From Candidatus Heimdallarchaeota archaeon (lineage in GTDB: Archaea; Asgardarchaeota; Heimdallarchaeia; JABLTI01), in NCBI GenBank assembly GCA_019056785.1, contig DXJV01000005.1, positions 20,716 through 84,715 of the forward strand: a stretch of DNA of 64,000 bases. Direction: 5' to 3'. Below the pieces are notes generated by a model. The model saw only the letters and a program-made list of their open reading frames with translations. It had not been told where the DNA came from and did not search any database. The translations under genes were made by a program, and so were the position numbers. Below are positions 19,897 through 30,113 of this stretch, piece after piece; the first letter of the stretch is position 1, and each line of letters begins with the position of its first letter.

Positions 19897-22800
19897 ATGT
19901 CAGAATTGGTTAAAAAAGCCATGGTGTTCGAAGAAAAAGGAAAATGGAGCAATGCTGCGAAAAGCTATTTACAAGCAGCGAGAGAAGCCGTTGAAACTAA
20001 CCAAACAAAAGACGCCAAGAATCTCTTTTTAAAAGCAATTGCTGCTTCTGAAAAAACCGAAGACAATCTCTTATTAGTGGAAAGTGTTTTTGCGTATGAA
20101 AAAATTGCCACTAAAGCTGAGAAAAAAGAAGTGCTCCCAAAGGCACTGCCGGCTGTTAAAAGTTTGTTAGCTCTGGCATTAACTAAGAAGAAGAATCTAC
20201 TGGCCTTTGAATATTTAGAAAAGAAAGAACTTATTAGTAGAAGTACAGGTGTGGATTTAGAAGAGACCTTAAGAGAGAAAGGCGAGGTCTCAAGACGTCT
20301 AGCCTTAAAAATGGTTATCAGTAAAAAAGTGGAGGAACGAGAACGTGGTTTTGCTTTCCTGAAAGAGGCTGCAAAATGCTTTTTAGAAATTAATGCCATT
20401 AAAGAGAAATTTAAAGGTGATTTCCAAGCTTTCCAGTTGTTAATGGAAAAGGGTTTTATAAAAGAGGGGTTCAGTTTATTTGAAAAGCTCATCAGTTTTT
20501 GTGAAACTAATCAACTTGCAGAGGAAGCAACAACCGTTCTTCAGCAAATAATTACTTATGCAAATGCAATTTTAAATGGAAAAGGATCGAAAAAATTGGT
20601 CAAAGCGCTTCAAGCAACTTTCTCTTCTGCGGATCCTGGTGGAGAACTCTTGAAAATAGGCATTGAAAAAGCGCAGGAAATAGGCGCAAATGAAGTTATA
20701 GTCGCTGCAGCAACCATACAAGTTGAGCAAGGCAACCTGCAATTCAATAAAAAGAAATTTGATATTGCTAAACGCCTTTATGAAAAGGCTTTACTTCTTC
20801 TTACAACAATTCAAGCTGTAGATACTGCGAAAAATGTTTTCAAGCAAATTGCCACCAAAGCGTACACCTTACTTGATACGAAAGGGAAATTCCAACTTGC
20901 ACTCGATTATTTTGCAATGCTTCAAATTATGGAAGAGCTCGATAAAGGCTTTCTCGCTGACTTCTTTGTCGAAAAAGGAGCCAACATGTTTCAACGGGAT
21001 CTCATCACTTTGGCGTTAGAGGATTACAAAAGTGCTTGTAGAGTTTATCTCTCTGGTCAGCTAACTGTAAAGTTCGAAAAAACTGTTAGTATAATTTTTG
21101 AAAAAAGTTTGGAGCTTATAGCGCATGCGGACTTTCAAAATGCCCTCATTTATTCACATGATGCAATTTCCATTCTCCTTAAGGTTGAGAAATTTGAAAA
21201 CATAGGTGAGCAGGCTTCTAAAATCGCGCATGCCTTACTCGAAAACAATCAACTCCCTGAAGCAGAAGATTTTGTAAAAATCGCATTTGACAACTTCCTC
21301 AAAGCCGGAAAAACCGTAGAAGCAGCCACTACTTACAAAACCATGGGTGAATCTTTCCTTGCTCTTGAGCGATTTGAAACAGGGGCTGGATATCTCATTC
21401 AGGCAGCAAAAACATATCGAAGTGCCGAAGCTGAAGATAAAATCATGCAGACAGCAAAGCCTCTCCTTAAAGCTGCCATCGATCAACTTATAGATGGGAA
21501 TGCAGACCTCGCACAATCATTAAATCTTAAGGCTATTGAATGTGCGAAAGAAAAAGGTCCATTGGCACAAGTCGAAGTACTTCAGGAGTTTAATACTCAA
21601 GCGATGATTTCTAACCAACCAAAGTTAGTTTTAAACAACATTCAGCTGGCCACTAAAATTGTTGGAGCGAATTTTCCGGCTGAAAAAAGAGCTCTGGCGG
21701 AGAAAGCGATATCCTATGGTCAGCAACTGATAATTTCGAATCAGCAATTTAAGCTGGGAACTGATTTTATCACACATGCTGTTTTAACTCTGGCTGAACT
21801 TGGAGACAGTACCCAGAGTAGTCAGATCATCTTTGAAATTGGTTCTTTACTTTTTGAGAACAAACAACCGGAACTGGCAAAAGGACTGTTGCAATTAATT
21901 ACTCAAGTCTTAAAAACAGAGGAGAATCCTGAAGTTTTCGGAACAAACGTTGCGAATGTTGCCAAACTTCTGATTGAAAATCGATTTGTTGATGATGGTA
22001 TTGATCTCTTGCGCAAGAGTGTTGGCTCCTATCTTAACGTAGGCGGCGTTGAGCCGGTCATTAAATTGGCTCGCTATTGTGCTCTAAAAGCACAGGAAAA
22101 TATGGCAGCGGGTGATGTTGTGTTTGCCAAACACTTGTTTATTGCTGCAATGGAGTTCAGTACCCTCGTTGATTTGGAAGTTCAGAGCGAGATTTTAACT
22201 TCCGCAACAAATGCTTTTCTCGAGATTGGTGATTTCTATACTATAAATGAATTTTATGACTTTGCTAAGGCAAATCTCGAGGGTGAAAAAGACTATTTGG
22301 GAAAAGTGGGCCGCTTACAAATTTTCCAAGGGAGTACTTTGCGTGATCAAAAAGGGTTGGTAGATGAAGCCTCAGAATTTATACACAATGGTATTGCAAC
22401 CTTAAAAGAAGTTGATATGATTGCCGAAGCTGGCGAGGTTGCGCTCAATCAAGGAAAAGCTTTCATTGAGAAGGGGAATTTTGTCTATGGTGAAGAATTG
22501 ATTGAAACTGCAGCTCAAATCTTCATTCAGTTAAATGATATTGAACGTTCTGGCGATGCCTTCTTATCCCTTGCAGAAATTAACATGCAAAAGTCGCAAT
22601 GGCAAGATGCTTTTCAGCAGATTGAACTTGCGAATAAATCCTATAGTCAAACCAACTTGGACAAACTTGCTTCCACAATTATTATCACTGCAGATATCGG
22701 ACAAAAAGCATTAATAAATAAACCCGCTGAAAACAAAGAATTTGCTTTACAATGTTTTGATAGAGCAATCCAACTCGCCAATGAGCATAAGCTCTTTGCC

Positions 22801-25800
22801 AGTGAGGTAGATGTTACTTTACTCGAAGGACGGGCGTTTGCAACAATTAAAGATCACCAAACTGCTTACAACTTCTTTTTACAACTTGCAAACTTGCTCG
22901 AAGAGAAGGATGAAACCGAGAAATCCCCGCTAATCGCTGAAGAACTCACTACTTTTGCGACAATATTCATTGCTGATAATGAAGTTGAGTTAGGACTCCA
23001 ACTGGTAGATTTAGCAACAGCTATTTATTTGCGTCTTGGCCAGCCAATAAATGCTTCGGAGACTTATATGAAAGCCTGTAATGCTTTATTGAAGATGAAC
23101 AAAATCGTTCAAGGCGTAAAGCTTGTGCTTCTTGCTTCTGATACTTTAATGGTAGCAAATGAATACAAACATGCTGTGAGAATTTTAACTGAAATTGTTG
23201 ATTTCCTGTATGATTTGAAAGACTATCAAAATGCTGCCATTGTTGCTGGCCAAATCGTCACTGTTCATCAAAAAACCGGCGAAGTTGAAGAACAAAAGAA
23301 AGTGATAAATCGATTAGTCGAAAAGGCAATCGAAGTGATCAATGAGGGCAGAATCATGGAAGGAGAACAACTTTGGGAGCAGGCAGCCAATTTTAGCATC
23401 TCCGTTGACTTGGATTATGCACTTCAAATCAATGACCAAAGAATTGAAAATCTCTTGAACGCCGGCATGTATAACTCTACTAATAATGCCTTCAAACAGT
23501 TTTTGCCAATTCTAGAAGAAGATAAGGAAAAATTACTTTCACAAGTTGTAAAGATAGCCGAAATTACTGATGATCTTTTTGCGAAAGAAGAATTCAAACT
23601 GGCAAAGGATTTTGTTTTCACGGCAGTTGATTATTACCTTAAAGCTGAGGAATTTGATCAGGTAATAACTTTCTGTTTGGATGTTGGTCAACGGTTTATT
23701 GTTGCTAATGAGGAAACAAGTGGCATTGAGTTGATTGACAAGGCAGCATTTATTGCTAACGATTCTCTAGGTGCACATGAAGCTGCGAAAATCTACCTTC
23801 GCACAGGATTCTTACTTGTTGAAAAGGACTACAATGAAAGTGGTTTTCTGGCAATAAATAAAGCTGTTGACATTGAACTTCAAACGCAAAATATGGAGGG
23901 GTGTAATGAACTTGGTGAGATTGCTATTGAAAAAGCAAATGAACTCATTAACCATAACATTCCTCTTGCAATTAAAATTTATGAGCAAGCTTCGCAAATC
24001 TTTCAGAAAGCATCTAATTTTATTAAAGCAGGAGAAGTACAAACAACGATTCTTAATGCCTTCTTAAGTCTTGGAGATGCAGTTGGAGCAATAAAAGCTT
24101 GCGAACAAGCAGTTGATTATTATCTAAAAGGGAAAAATAGCGAACTTGCCGCAACCGCTGCAAGACAAATAATTGAGTCTTCGAGGAGATTTTTCGATGA
24201 AAATGACTTTCCAAAAGCCGTGTTAATTCTCGAGCGCGGACGATTCTTGGTGGAAAAGACAACAAGATATGATCTTTTGGATTTGATAGTCAGTATCTAC
24301 ATGAACGCTGCAAATCAGAACCTTCCAAATAGAAAATCTGCCATTGGTGTGTTTTTCTTGAAGCGTGCAATTGCAATTGCCGAAAGCAGCCCCGACCCAG
24401 AAGAAATCAAAAAAGTAGTAAACCTCTCATTAACTATTGCTTTGGAAACCATTAAAAAGAAAAACTCTCTTGCAGGAGCAAAAGTCCTGGAAATGATCTC
24501 TCGACTCGAGATTTCTAAAAATGCTCTCTTGTCTCAATTAACCGCGACTCTTCTTGATGCTCTAAAACTCACTTTAGAAACAGAATGGAATATGATCGGG
24601 AAAGTACTTCGAGATGCTTTTCATTTCTTTAAAGGCGCCAATCAAGATGAAGCAATTAAAGAGTTAATTTCCATTTTGACAAAAAGAGCAAATGCTGACT
24701 TGCTCCTCAATAAACCCCAACTTGGCTTCTTCTTTTTAGAGCATGCAATCCGGATTGTTAATGAGTCTGGAGACAAAGAACTAATGTTTTATCTTGGCAA
24801 TGACCTTCTCGAACAGTTCCTCGTTTTGCATGAGGAGGTAACTTTCGATTCTCTCTATCGGTTGCTTGGATATTGCTACCAAATTTTCCAACAGATTCAA
24901 GACTTGGAATCCATCACTCGTGTTGGGGCAGAGTTTGCTAAATTGGGTTCAAAGGACCTTATTAATAATATGCAATCAATCCGTGGCTATGAGTCTCTCT
25001 TAACTGCAAGAGATATTGCAAGTCAGACACAAAATAGTGCGCTTATGAAAGCTGTTGTGCTTGCTCTCTTAGATTTTGCGATTCAACAATCTGCGAAAAA
25101 TGCCAATTCTGTGCTGTCAACCTTAGAGGATATTGTTCAAGGGTTAAAAGAATTCGAAATACCAAAGTCAACATCAGTAGCTATTGATTACGCTTCCTTG
25201 CAAAGTTATCTTAAAACTCTCACCTCTTTTGGCAATAAAGTCAGTAAAAATGATAAAACATTCAAGCTTGGGAAGAAGATCATTCAAAATTGCTCTAGAT
25301 TACTCGCCCTCACCGGCAACCATCTTGAACTCGAAAAAGATTTAGCTGATGTCAAAAAGAACATGCAGAAACTTTGTCGCCGGGGCAATCAAGAGGCAGC
25401 TTATAAATTGCGAGAAGCAGCCATTGTTTTTATTGATTTGAATGAAACAAACCAGGCCATTAAAATTGCTGAAGATGCTTTTGCAGCTTCCCAACAACTA
25501 CTAGAGCGGAAAAAGTACCTCGATTCTGTGGAATTTGCTAAAGTGAGTTTGGTTGTTAACCAAAAACTCGATATCACTTCTGAGTTAAAAAACATCGGCT
25601 TATTTGCCTACAGTTCAGGTGACCGGCTTATAAATGAAGGCAAAATTCTGGAGGCAATGGACTTTTATGATATTGCAATCGAGGCCTTCGATTTATCAAA
25701 TGACGATGAGAATTCTAATCGCTTGATCAACAAGATTGTACAGACGCGTGAATGGGATGCCAATAAAATGGTTGCTTTTCAAGTCTATAAAATAGCCTCC

Positions 25801-26808
25801 GAATCAGCCATTCGAATGAAAAACTGGCAGAAGGCTCATGAAATTGCCAATAAATGTTATAATCGTGGTATTGCTTTTATCGACCAACCACGGGTTCCAA
25901 CTGAAATATCGCTAAAATTCATCACCCTTGCCGGGCGAATTTTTGAGGATATAGGTGCAATCAAAGATGCTGCCAATTCCTATGATTCTGCCATTCTAAA
26001 ATTCATTCGCTTAATGAGAACCAGAAAAAACATTGAATCAATAATTACTGAGCTTCTTGTAAAAACGGGAATAAATCGAATGGCTGGTTGTGATATGGAC
26101 TCACTTGAGACCATCTTTCTGCGAGTCATGGAATTAGCTGAAATGAAGAAGTCCAAATACACGAAGATCATCTCTCGCGTCTTAAAACTCATTAATTCTT
26201 CTAAGGTTGGTCAAGCATGGGACTTGATGGTTTCTCTTCCTTATGTCTCCCATGGGCGAATCCGGAAAATTATTGGAACAACAAAGCGTCGGATAATTTA
26301 CGACCTTCAGTCCAAAGGAACTTTCGATCGTACGGTTCTCTCTACAACAGACCGCTCTTTACCGCTTTCAGATTATCTCATCGAAAATCTCTTAATTTCC
26401 CGTAAAATTGATGGGCAATCAATAAACAAAGATGTCTTTATTTCTGCTACGAAAATTAAAGCCATTCGTTCGTACTTTTATAATGAATATGAGCTTTGGG
26501 GTCGAGTTGATTTAGAGGCTCTTACAAAGGAATTTGGCGTCCTCCCCACCGATGCAGCATCCATTGTCCGGCGGGAATTTCTCCCCACAATTTATATGGC
26601 GGTACTTGATACAGAGCAAAAAGTCTTCTATTCTTTTGACCGCTTAAAAGCTGAAATCTCTCTTATTCTTGGACGTGAACGTAAAAAGAACGCTCATTTT
26701 GATCCCATGCAAGTTGCTTCGGAAATGCATGTCCCTCCTGATATCATTAAAGAGGTTCTTCGGGAAATTTCTTGCGATGAAGTAGTGGAAAATGCTCCTA
26801 CAATGTGA
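19897..26808 (+). CDS. Giant alpha-solenoid (SNAP/TPR-like repeats) with C-terminal PCI-like winged helices
   Basis: About 2300-aa open frame; ATG 19897 follows GGTGA. Recurring A-xx-Y/F-xx-A/G helical-pair motifs. C-terminal WGRVDLEALTKEFGV...AVLDTEQKVFY. Confidence 0.8.
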   Translation: MSELVKKAMVFEEKGKWSNAAKSYLQAAREAVETNQTKDAKNLFLKAIAASEKTEDNLLLVESVFAYEKIATKAEKKEVLPKALPAVKSLLALALTKKKNLLAFEYLEKKELISRSTGVDLEETLREKGEVSRRLALKMVISKKVEERERGFAFLKEAAKCFLEINAIKEKFKGDFQAFQLLMEKGFIKEGFSLFEKLISFCETNQLAEEATTVLQQIITYANAILNGKGSKKLVKALQATFSSADPGGELLKIGIEKAQEIGANEVIVAAATIQVEQGNLQFNKKKFDIAKRLYEKALLLLTTIQAVDTAKNVFKQIATKAYTLLDTKGKFQLALDYFAMLQIMEELDKGFLADFFVEKGANMFQRDLITLALEDYKSACRVYLSGQLTVKFEKTVSIIFEKSLELIAHADFQNALIYSHDAISILLKVEKFENIGEQASKIAHALLENNQLPEAEDFVKIAFDNFLKAGKTVEAATTYKTMGESFLALERFETGAGYLIQAAKTYRSAEAEDKIMQTAKPLLKAAIDQLIDGNADLAQSLNLKAIECAKEKGPLAQVEVLQEFNTQAMISNQPKLVLNNIQLATKIVGANFPAEKRALAEKAISYGQQLIISNQQFKLGTDFITHAVLTLAELGDSTQSSQIIFEIGSLLFENKQPELAKGLLQLITQVLKTEENPEVFGTNVANVAKLLIENRFVDDGIDLLRKSVGSYLNVGGVEPVIKLARYCALKAQENMAAGDVVFAKHLFIAAMEFSTLVDLEVQSEILTSATNAFLEIGDFYTINEFYDFAKANLEGEKDYLGKVGRLQIFQGSTLRDQKGLVDEASEFIHNGIATLKEVDMIAEAGEVALNQGKAFIEKGNFVYGEELIETAAQIFIQLNDIERSGDAFLSLAEINMQKSQWQDAFQQIELANKSYSQTNLDKLASTIIITADIGQKALINKPAENKEFALQCFDRAIQLANEHKLFASEVDVTLLEGRAFATIKDHQTAYNFFLQLANLLEEKDETEKSPLIAEELTTFATIFIADNEVELGLQLVDLATAIYLRLGQPINASETYMKACNALLKMNKIVQGVKLVLLASDTLMVANEYKHAVRILTEIVDFLYDLKDYQNAAIVAGQIVTVHQKTGEVEEQKKVINRLVEKAIEVINEGRIMEGEQLWEQAANFSISVDLDYALQINDQRIENLLNAGMYNSTNNAFKQFLPILEEDKEKLLSQVVKIAEITDDLFAKEEFKLAKDFVFTAVDYYLKAEEFDQVITFCLDVGQRFIVANEETSGIELIDKAAFIANDSLGAHEAAKIYLRTGFLLVEKDYNESGFLAINKAVDIELQTQNMEGCNELGEIAIEKANELINHNIPLAIKIYEQASQIFQKASNFIKAGEVQTTILNAFLSLGDAVGAIKACEQAVDYYLKGKNSELAATAARQIIESSRRFFDENDFPKAVLILERGRFLVEKTTRYDLLDLIVSIYMNAANQNLPNRKSAIGVFFLKRAIAIAESSPDPEEIKKVVNLSLTIALETIKKKNSLAGAKVLEMISRLEISKNALLSQLTATLLDALKLTLETEWNMIGKVLRDAFHFFKGANQDEAIKELISILTKRANADLLLNKPQLGFFFLEHAIRIVNESGDKELMFYLGNDLLEQFLVLHEEVTFDSLYRLLGYCYQIFQQIQDLESITRVGAEFAKLGSKDLINNMQSIRGYESLLTARDIASQTQNSALMKAVVLALLDFAIQQSAKNANSVLSTLEDIVQGLKEFEIPKSTSVAIDYASLQSYLKTLTSFGNKVSKNDKTFKLGKKIIQNCSRLLALTGNHLELEKDLADVKKNMQKLCRRGNQEAAYKLREAAIVFIDLNETNQAIKIAEDAFAASQQLLERKKYLDSVEFAKVSLVVNQKLDITSELKNIGLFAYSSGDRLINEGKILEAMDFYDIAIEAFDLSNDDENSNRLINKIVQTREWDANKMVAFQVYKIASESAIRMKNWQKAHEIANKCYNRGIAFIDQPRVPTEISLKFITLAGRIFEDIGAIKDAANSYDSAILKFIRLMRTRKNIESIITELLVKTGINRMAGCDMDSLETIFLRVMELAEMKKSKYTKIISRVLKLINSSKVGQAWDLMVSLPYVSHGRIRKIIGTTKRRIIYDLQSKGTFDRTVLSTTDRSLPLSDYLIENLLISRKIDGQSINKDVFISATKIKAIRSYFYNEYELWGRVDLEALTKEFGVLPTDAASIVRREFLPTIYMAVLDTEQKVFYSFDRLKAEISLILGRERKKNAHFDPMQVASEMHVPPDIIKEVLREISCDEVVENAPTM

Positions 26809-26816
26809 AAGATGCT

Positions 26817-28211
26817 TTACTCAAGAACTTTGGTTACTGCTCCCATTTTGGCTATTTTCGCTAAATAACGGGGGTTGGTCTCTTTTATAAGCAAGAACGC
26901 TAATAGAAGTGCTAATAAGCCAAAGAATATTGGGAAGAGCGGGATGACAAAAATCCCTTGGGGAATATATTTTGGTAATATCGTCCCCGGAAAAATGTCT
27001 GCTATATAGCAACCAAAAATCGCTCCAATATTTCCAAAGAAGACTTGTTCCATTTGTATCAAGCTCATCCCCCTCCCCCGTTCATTTTCTTTTGTTAAAT
27101 CTGCCATAATAGTGTTGGCAGTTGGAACTTTCAATGCATATAATGGATACAGATAAACAATAAAGAGTGCAATGGGATACATGGAAAGAGTAAATATTAA
27201 CGTATAGACAATTGGATAAGCTAGTATTGAAAAAATGAAGACTCGTTTTCGACTTGTCCTATCCAAAATAGAACCACTAATGAGTAAGATAACCATTCCA
27301 AGGGCTGTAGCAATAGTATTGGACTTTGCTATAAGCATATTTGACAATCCAGCCGCTTTAAAGTAGACAGAAGTGATAACATTAAAAGGCCCGAAACCGA
27401 AGTCCAGAATTGCGAGAACAACAATAAGAGAGACTACATTTTTTCGCTTAAAAATGTCAAAATATGATGCATATTTTTCTGCCTCTTTTATGTCGCTGGT
27501 AACTCGACTTTCCATAACCGTTGGCTTTTCTCCCTTTTCTTCTATTGTTGCAGTTGTGGATAAGAATTCTTCTGGTAAAGGGACAAGAAGTGGTTCAATT
27601 ATTGAACCCTTTGCTTTGGAAGGTGAAAACAGTGAAAGAATTCCCGCTAGTATTGCAAATCCGGCCGCGAAGCTTAATGTGCCAATAATTCCTTTCCAAT
27701 CGTAAATGATGTCTGATAAGGCACTGCCGATCATCCAACCTGCACTGGCAAAAAAGACTTGATAACTGGACACTTGCCCCTTTCTATTTTGTGGGCAAAT
27801 AATTGTTATTAATGCACTATGTTGTGTATAGTAAATTTGTGTGAAAATGCCAAAAATAGCTAAAATAAGTAAGATAGACCAAATGGTTTTATTAAAAAAC
27901 AAGAGGAGTAAAAATTGAACCATCGAGAGTACTTTTGCGATAAAAATGAGCAACTTTCGTTTCCCTGTTTTATCGGAGAAAGAACTTAAAACAGTTGTGC
28001 CAAGAATTGAGACAATCGCTGGAATAGCAAGAACAATCGCGATATTGAGGTAAGAGTTCGTTACTTTCTCACTGAGGAAGATGCCGAAAAAAATCCAGTA
28101 GATAGATAAAGCGATATGTTCGAGTAGGTAAGAAAACAAAAGCGGCAAAAGATAGGCTGGTGGCAATAGTTCTTTAAGGGTTCGGTCTTTTTCCTCAATC
28201 ATACTTGTCAC
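26817..28211 (-). CDS. MFS transporter
   Basis: About 12 TM; SDKTGKRK and LDRTSRKR motif A; ENERGRGMS. Confidence 0.9.
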   Translation of the reverse strand: MTSMIEEKDRTLKELLPPAYLLPLLFSYLLEHIALSIYWIFFGIFLSEKVTNSYLNIAIVLAIPAIVSILGTTVLSSFSDKTGKRKLLIFIAKVLSMVQFLLLLFFNKTIWSILLILAIFGIFTQIYYTQHSALITIICPQNRKGQVSSYQVFFASAGWMIGSALSDIIYDWKGIIGTLSFAAGFAILAGILSLFSPSKAKGSIIEPLLVPLPEEFLSTTATIEEKGEKPTVMESRVTSDIKEAEKYASYFDIFKRKNVVSLIVVLAILDFGFGPFNVITSVYFKAAGLSNMLIAKSNTIATALGMVILLISGSILDRTSRKRVFIFSILAYPIVYTLIFTLSMYPIALFIVYLYPLYALKVPTANTIMADLTKENERGRGMSLIQMEQVFFGNIGAIFGCYIADIFPGTILPKYIPQGIFVIPLFPIFFGLLALLLAFLLIKETNPRYLAKIAKMGAVTKVLE

Positions 28212-28225
28212 AGTTATTTATTTAT

Positions 28226-30112
28226 TTATTCCTCTGTTTGCAACTTTTCTCCATTTAAATCCTTTTCTTGGTTTTTGAACTGAAGCTGATACAAGCGGTA
28301 ATATTCTCCTTTTCTTGCGAGAAGCTCAGCATTTGTGCCTTCTTCGACAATTTTCCCATCCTTAAGAACTATGATCCGGTCAGCATTTCTGACTGTAGAA
28401 AGTCGGTGGGCAATAATAAATGAGGTTCTCCCTGAAAGGAGTTTAGTTAAAGCTTTCTTAATGAGTAATTCTGTATATGCATCAACTGAAGAGGTTGCTT
28501 CATCCAAAATGAGGATTTTCGGGTTGGGGAGTAAAGCTCTAGCAAAGGAGATTAATTGTCGTTGACCAAGGGATAGTTTGCTTCCTCGCTCGCCGACTTC
28601 TGTTTCATATCCTTTTGGTAGCCGTGAGATGAATTCGTGGGCATTTACTTTTGTTGCCGTCTCAATTACCTCGTCCATACTGACATCTTTTTGATTGAAG
28701 ATAATGTTCTCTGCTATTGTCCCTGAAAAAAGATAGGGGTCTTGTAAAACAATGCCTAACTGTCTGTGGAGTGATTTATGAGTGACGTCTTGTATATTAT
28801 GCCCATCAATAGTAATTCTCCCCTTTTGAATTTCGTAAAACCTTGCAAGCAGGTTAACAATCGTTGTTTTTCCGGAGCCTGTCGGTCCAACAATCGCCAA
28901 CGATTCACCGGGTTGCACTTCTAAATTAAAGTCTTCCAATACAGGCTCCCCTTCTTTGTAACTAAAATTGACTCCTTCGAATTTCACTTTCCCTTGAATT
29001 TCAGGCATATCATAGGCTGTGGGTTTCTCCACAACATCAGAGTTGCTGTGATTTAAATCATATACCCGTTCTGTTGCAGCCATTGTTGACTGAAATGTGT
29101 TGTAAAACATCGTCAAGTTCAAAACGGGCCTGAAGAAATTCCCGACATACTGTGTAAAAGCTATTGCGGTTCCCAAAGGAATGGCAAATAATATCCCGAC
29201 AGAACCATAAATAGTTGTGTAGCCTGCATAGAAGTAAACGAATCCGACGACAGCTGTTGCTAAGAAGTTAAAGAGTGGAAAAGTTGTGGCAAAAACACCA
29301 ATAGCTTTCATATTTGCTTGCCGGTTCTCTTCATTAATCGATGCAAATTCCTGGATGTTTTTTTGCTCTCTTGAAAATGATTTGGAAATTTTAACGCCGG
29401 AAATGCTCTCTGAGAGGTTGGCAGTGACGGTGGCAATTGTTTTCCTTGTTCGGCGATAGGCCTTTCGTGCTCGTCGTTTGAAGAAATAACTGATTAGTAA
29501 TGTGATTGGAATCGATAAGAACATACACCATAGGGCTAAACGCCAGTCCAGTACGAAGAGCACAATGGAAATTCCAATTAGAGTAATAAAGTCAATTAAG
29601 GAAGTAATTATCCCTCCACTCACTAATTCATTGATTTTATCGCAGTCATTGGTGACTTTGGAAATCAGTCGCCCTGCTTCTTGGTTATCGAAGAATTTCA
29701 TTGAAAGACTTTGCATATGTCGGAAAGTGTCAGTACGAATCTTTTTTACAGTATTATAGCCTATCTTATAGAGTAAAATCGTTCTGAAAATTTGCACGAC
29801 TGCTGTCAGAATTGTTGTTCCGAGGAGTGCAAGTGTCAAGATTAACAAAAGTCTCTTTAATTCTGCAATAGTACTAGTGGCGTTTTTAAATACGTTATCA
29901 ATAATGAATTTCATGATAAGGGGCGATACAAGGTCCAGTACCGAACTAAAAGCAACCAGTAACAGCGCAACGATTGCTAATCCTTTATATTCACCGAAGA
30001 TAAAACTTAGAATCCATTTTGCAAGTGTCCAATCACTTGTTACTTTCAAACGTTTCTTCTCTTCATCATCTTCTATTAATGCACTAAAGTGTCCGCCTCG
30101 ATGCCAGCCCAA
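28226..30112 (-). CDS. Heterodimeric ABC exporter subunit (TMD-NBD, consensus site)
   Basis: GPTGSGKTT, LSLGQRQ, LDEATSSVD and IAHRL. Confidence 0.93.
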   Translation of the reverse strand: MGWHRGGHFSALIEDDEEKKRLKVTSDWTLAKWILSFIFGEYKGLAIVALLLVAFSSVLDLVSPLIMKFIIDNVFKNATSTIAELKRLLLILTLALLGTTILTAVVQIFRTILLYKIGYNTVKKIRTDTFRHMQSLSMKFFDNQEAGRLISKVTNDCDKINELVSGGIITSLIDFITLIGISIVLFVLDWRLALWCMFLSIPITLLISYFFKRRARKAYRRTRKTIATVTANLSESISGVKISKSFSREQKNIQEFASINEENRQANMKAIGVFATTFPLFNFLATAVVGFVYFYAGYTTIYGSVGILFAIPLGTAIAFTQYVGNFFRPVLNLTMFYNTFQSTMAATERVYDLNHSNSDVVEKPTAYDMPEIQGKVKFEGVNFSYKEGEPVLEDFNLEVQPGESLAIVGPTGSGKTTIVNLLARFYEIQKGRITIDGHNIQDVTHKSLHRQLGIVLQDPYLFSGTIAENIIFNQKDVSMDEVIETATKVNAHEFISRLPKGYETEVGERGSKLSLGQRQLISFARALLPNPKILILDEATSSVDAYTELLIKKALTKLLSGRTSFIIAHRLSTVRNADRIIVLKDGKIVEEGTNAELLARKGEYYRLYQLQFKNQEKDLNGEKLQTEE

Positions 30113-30113
30113 T

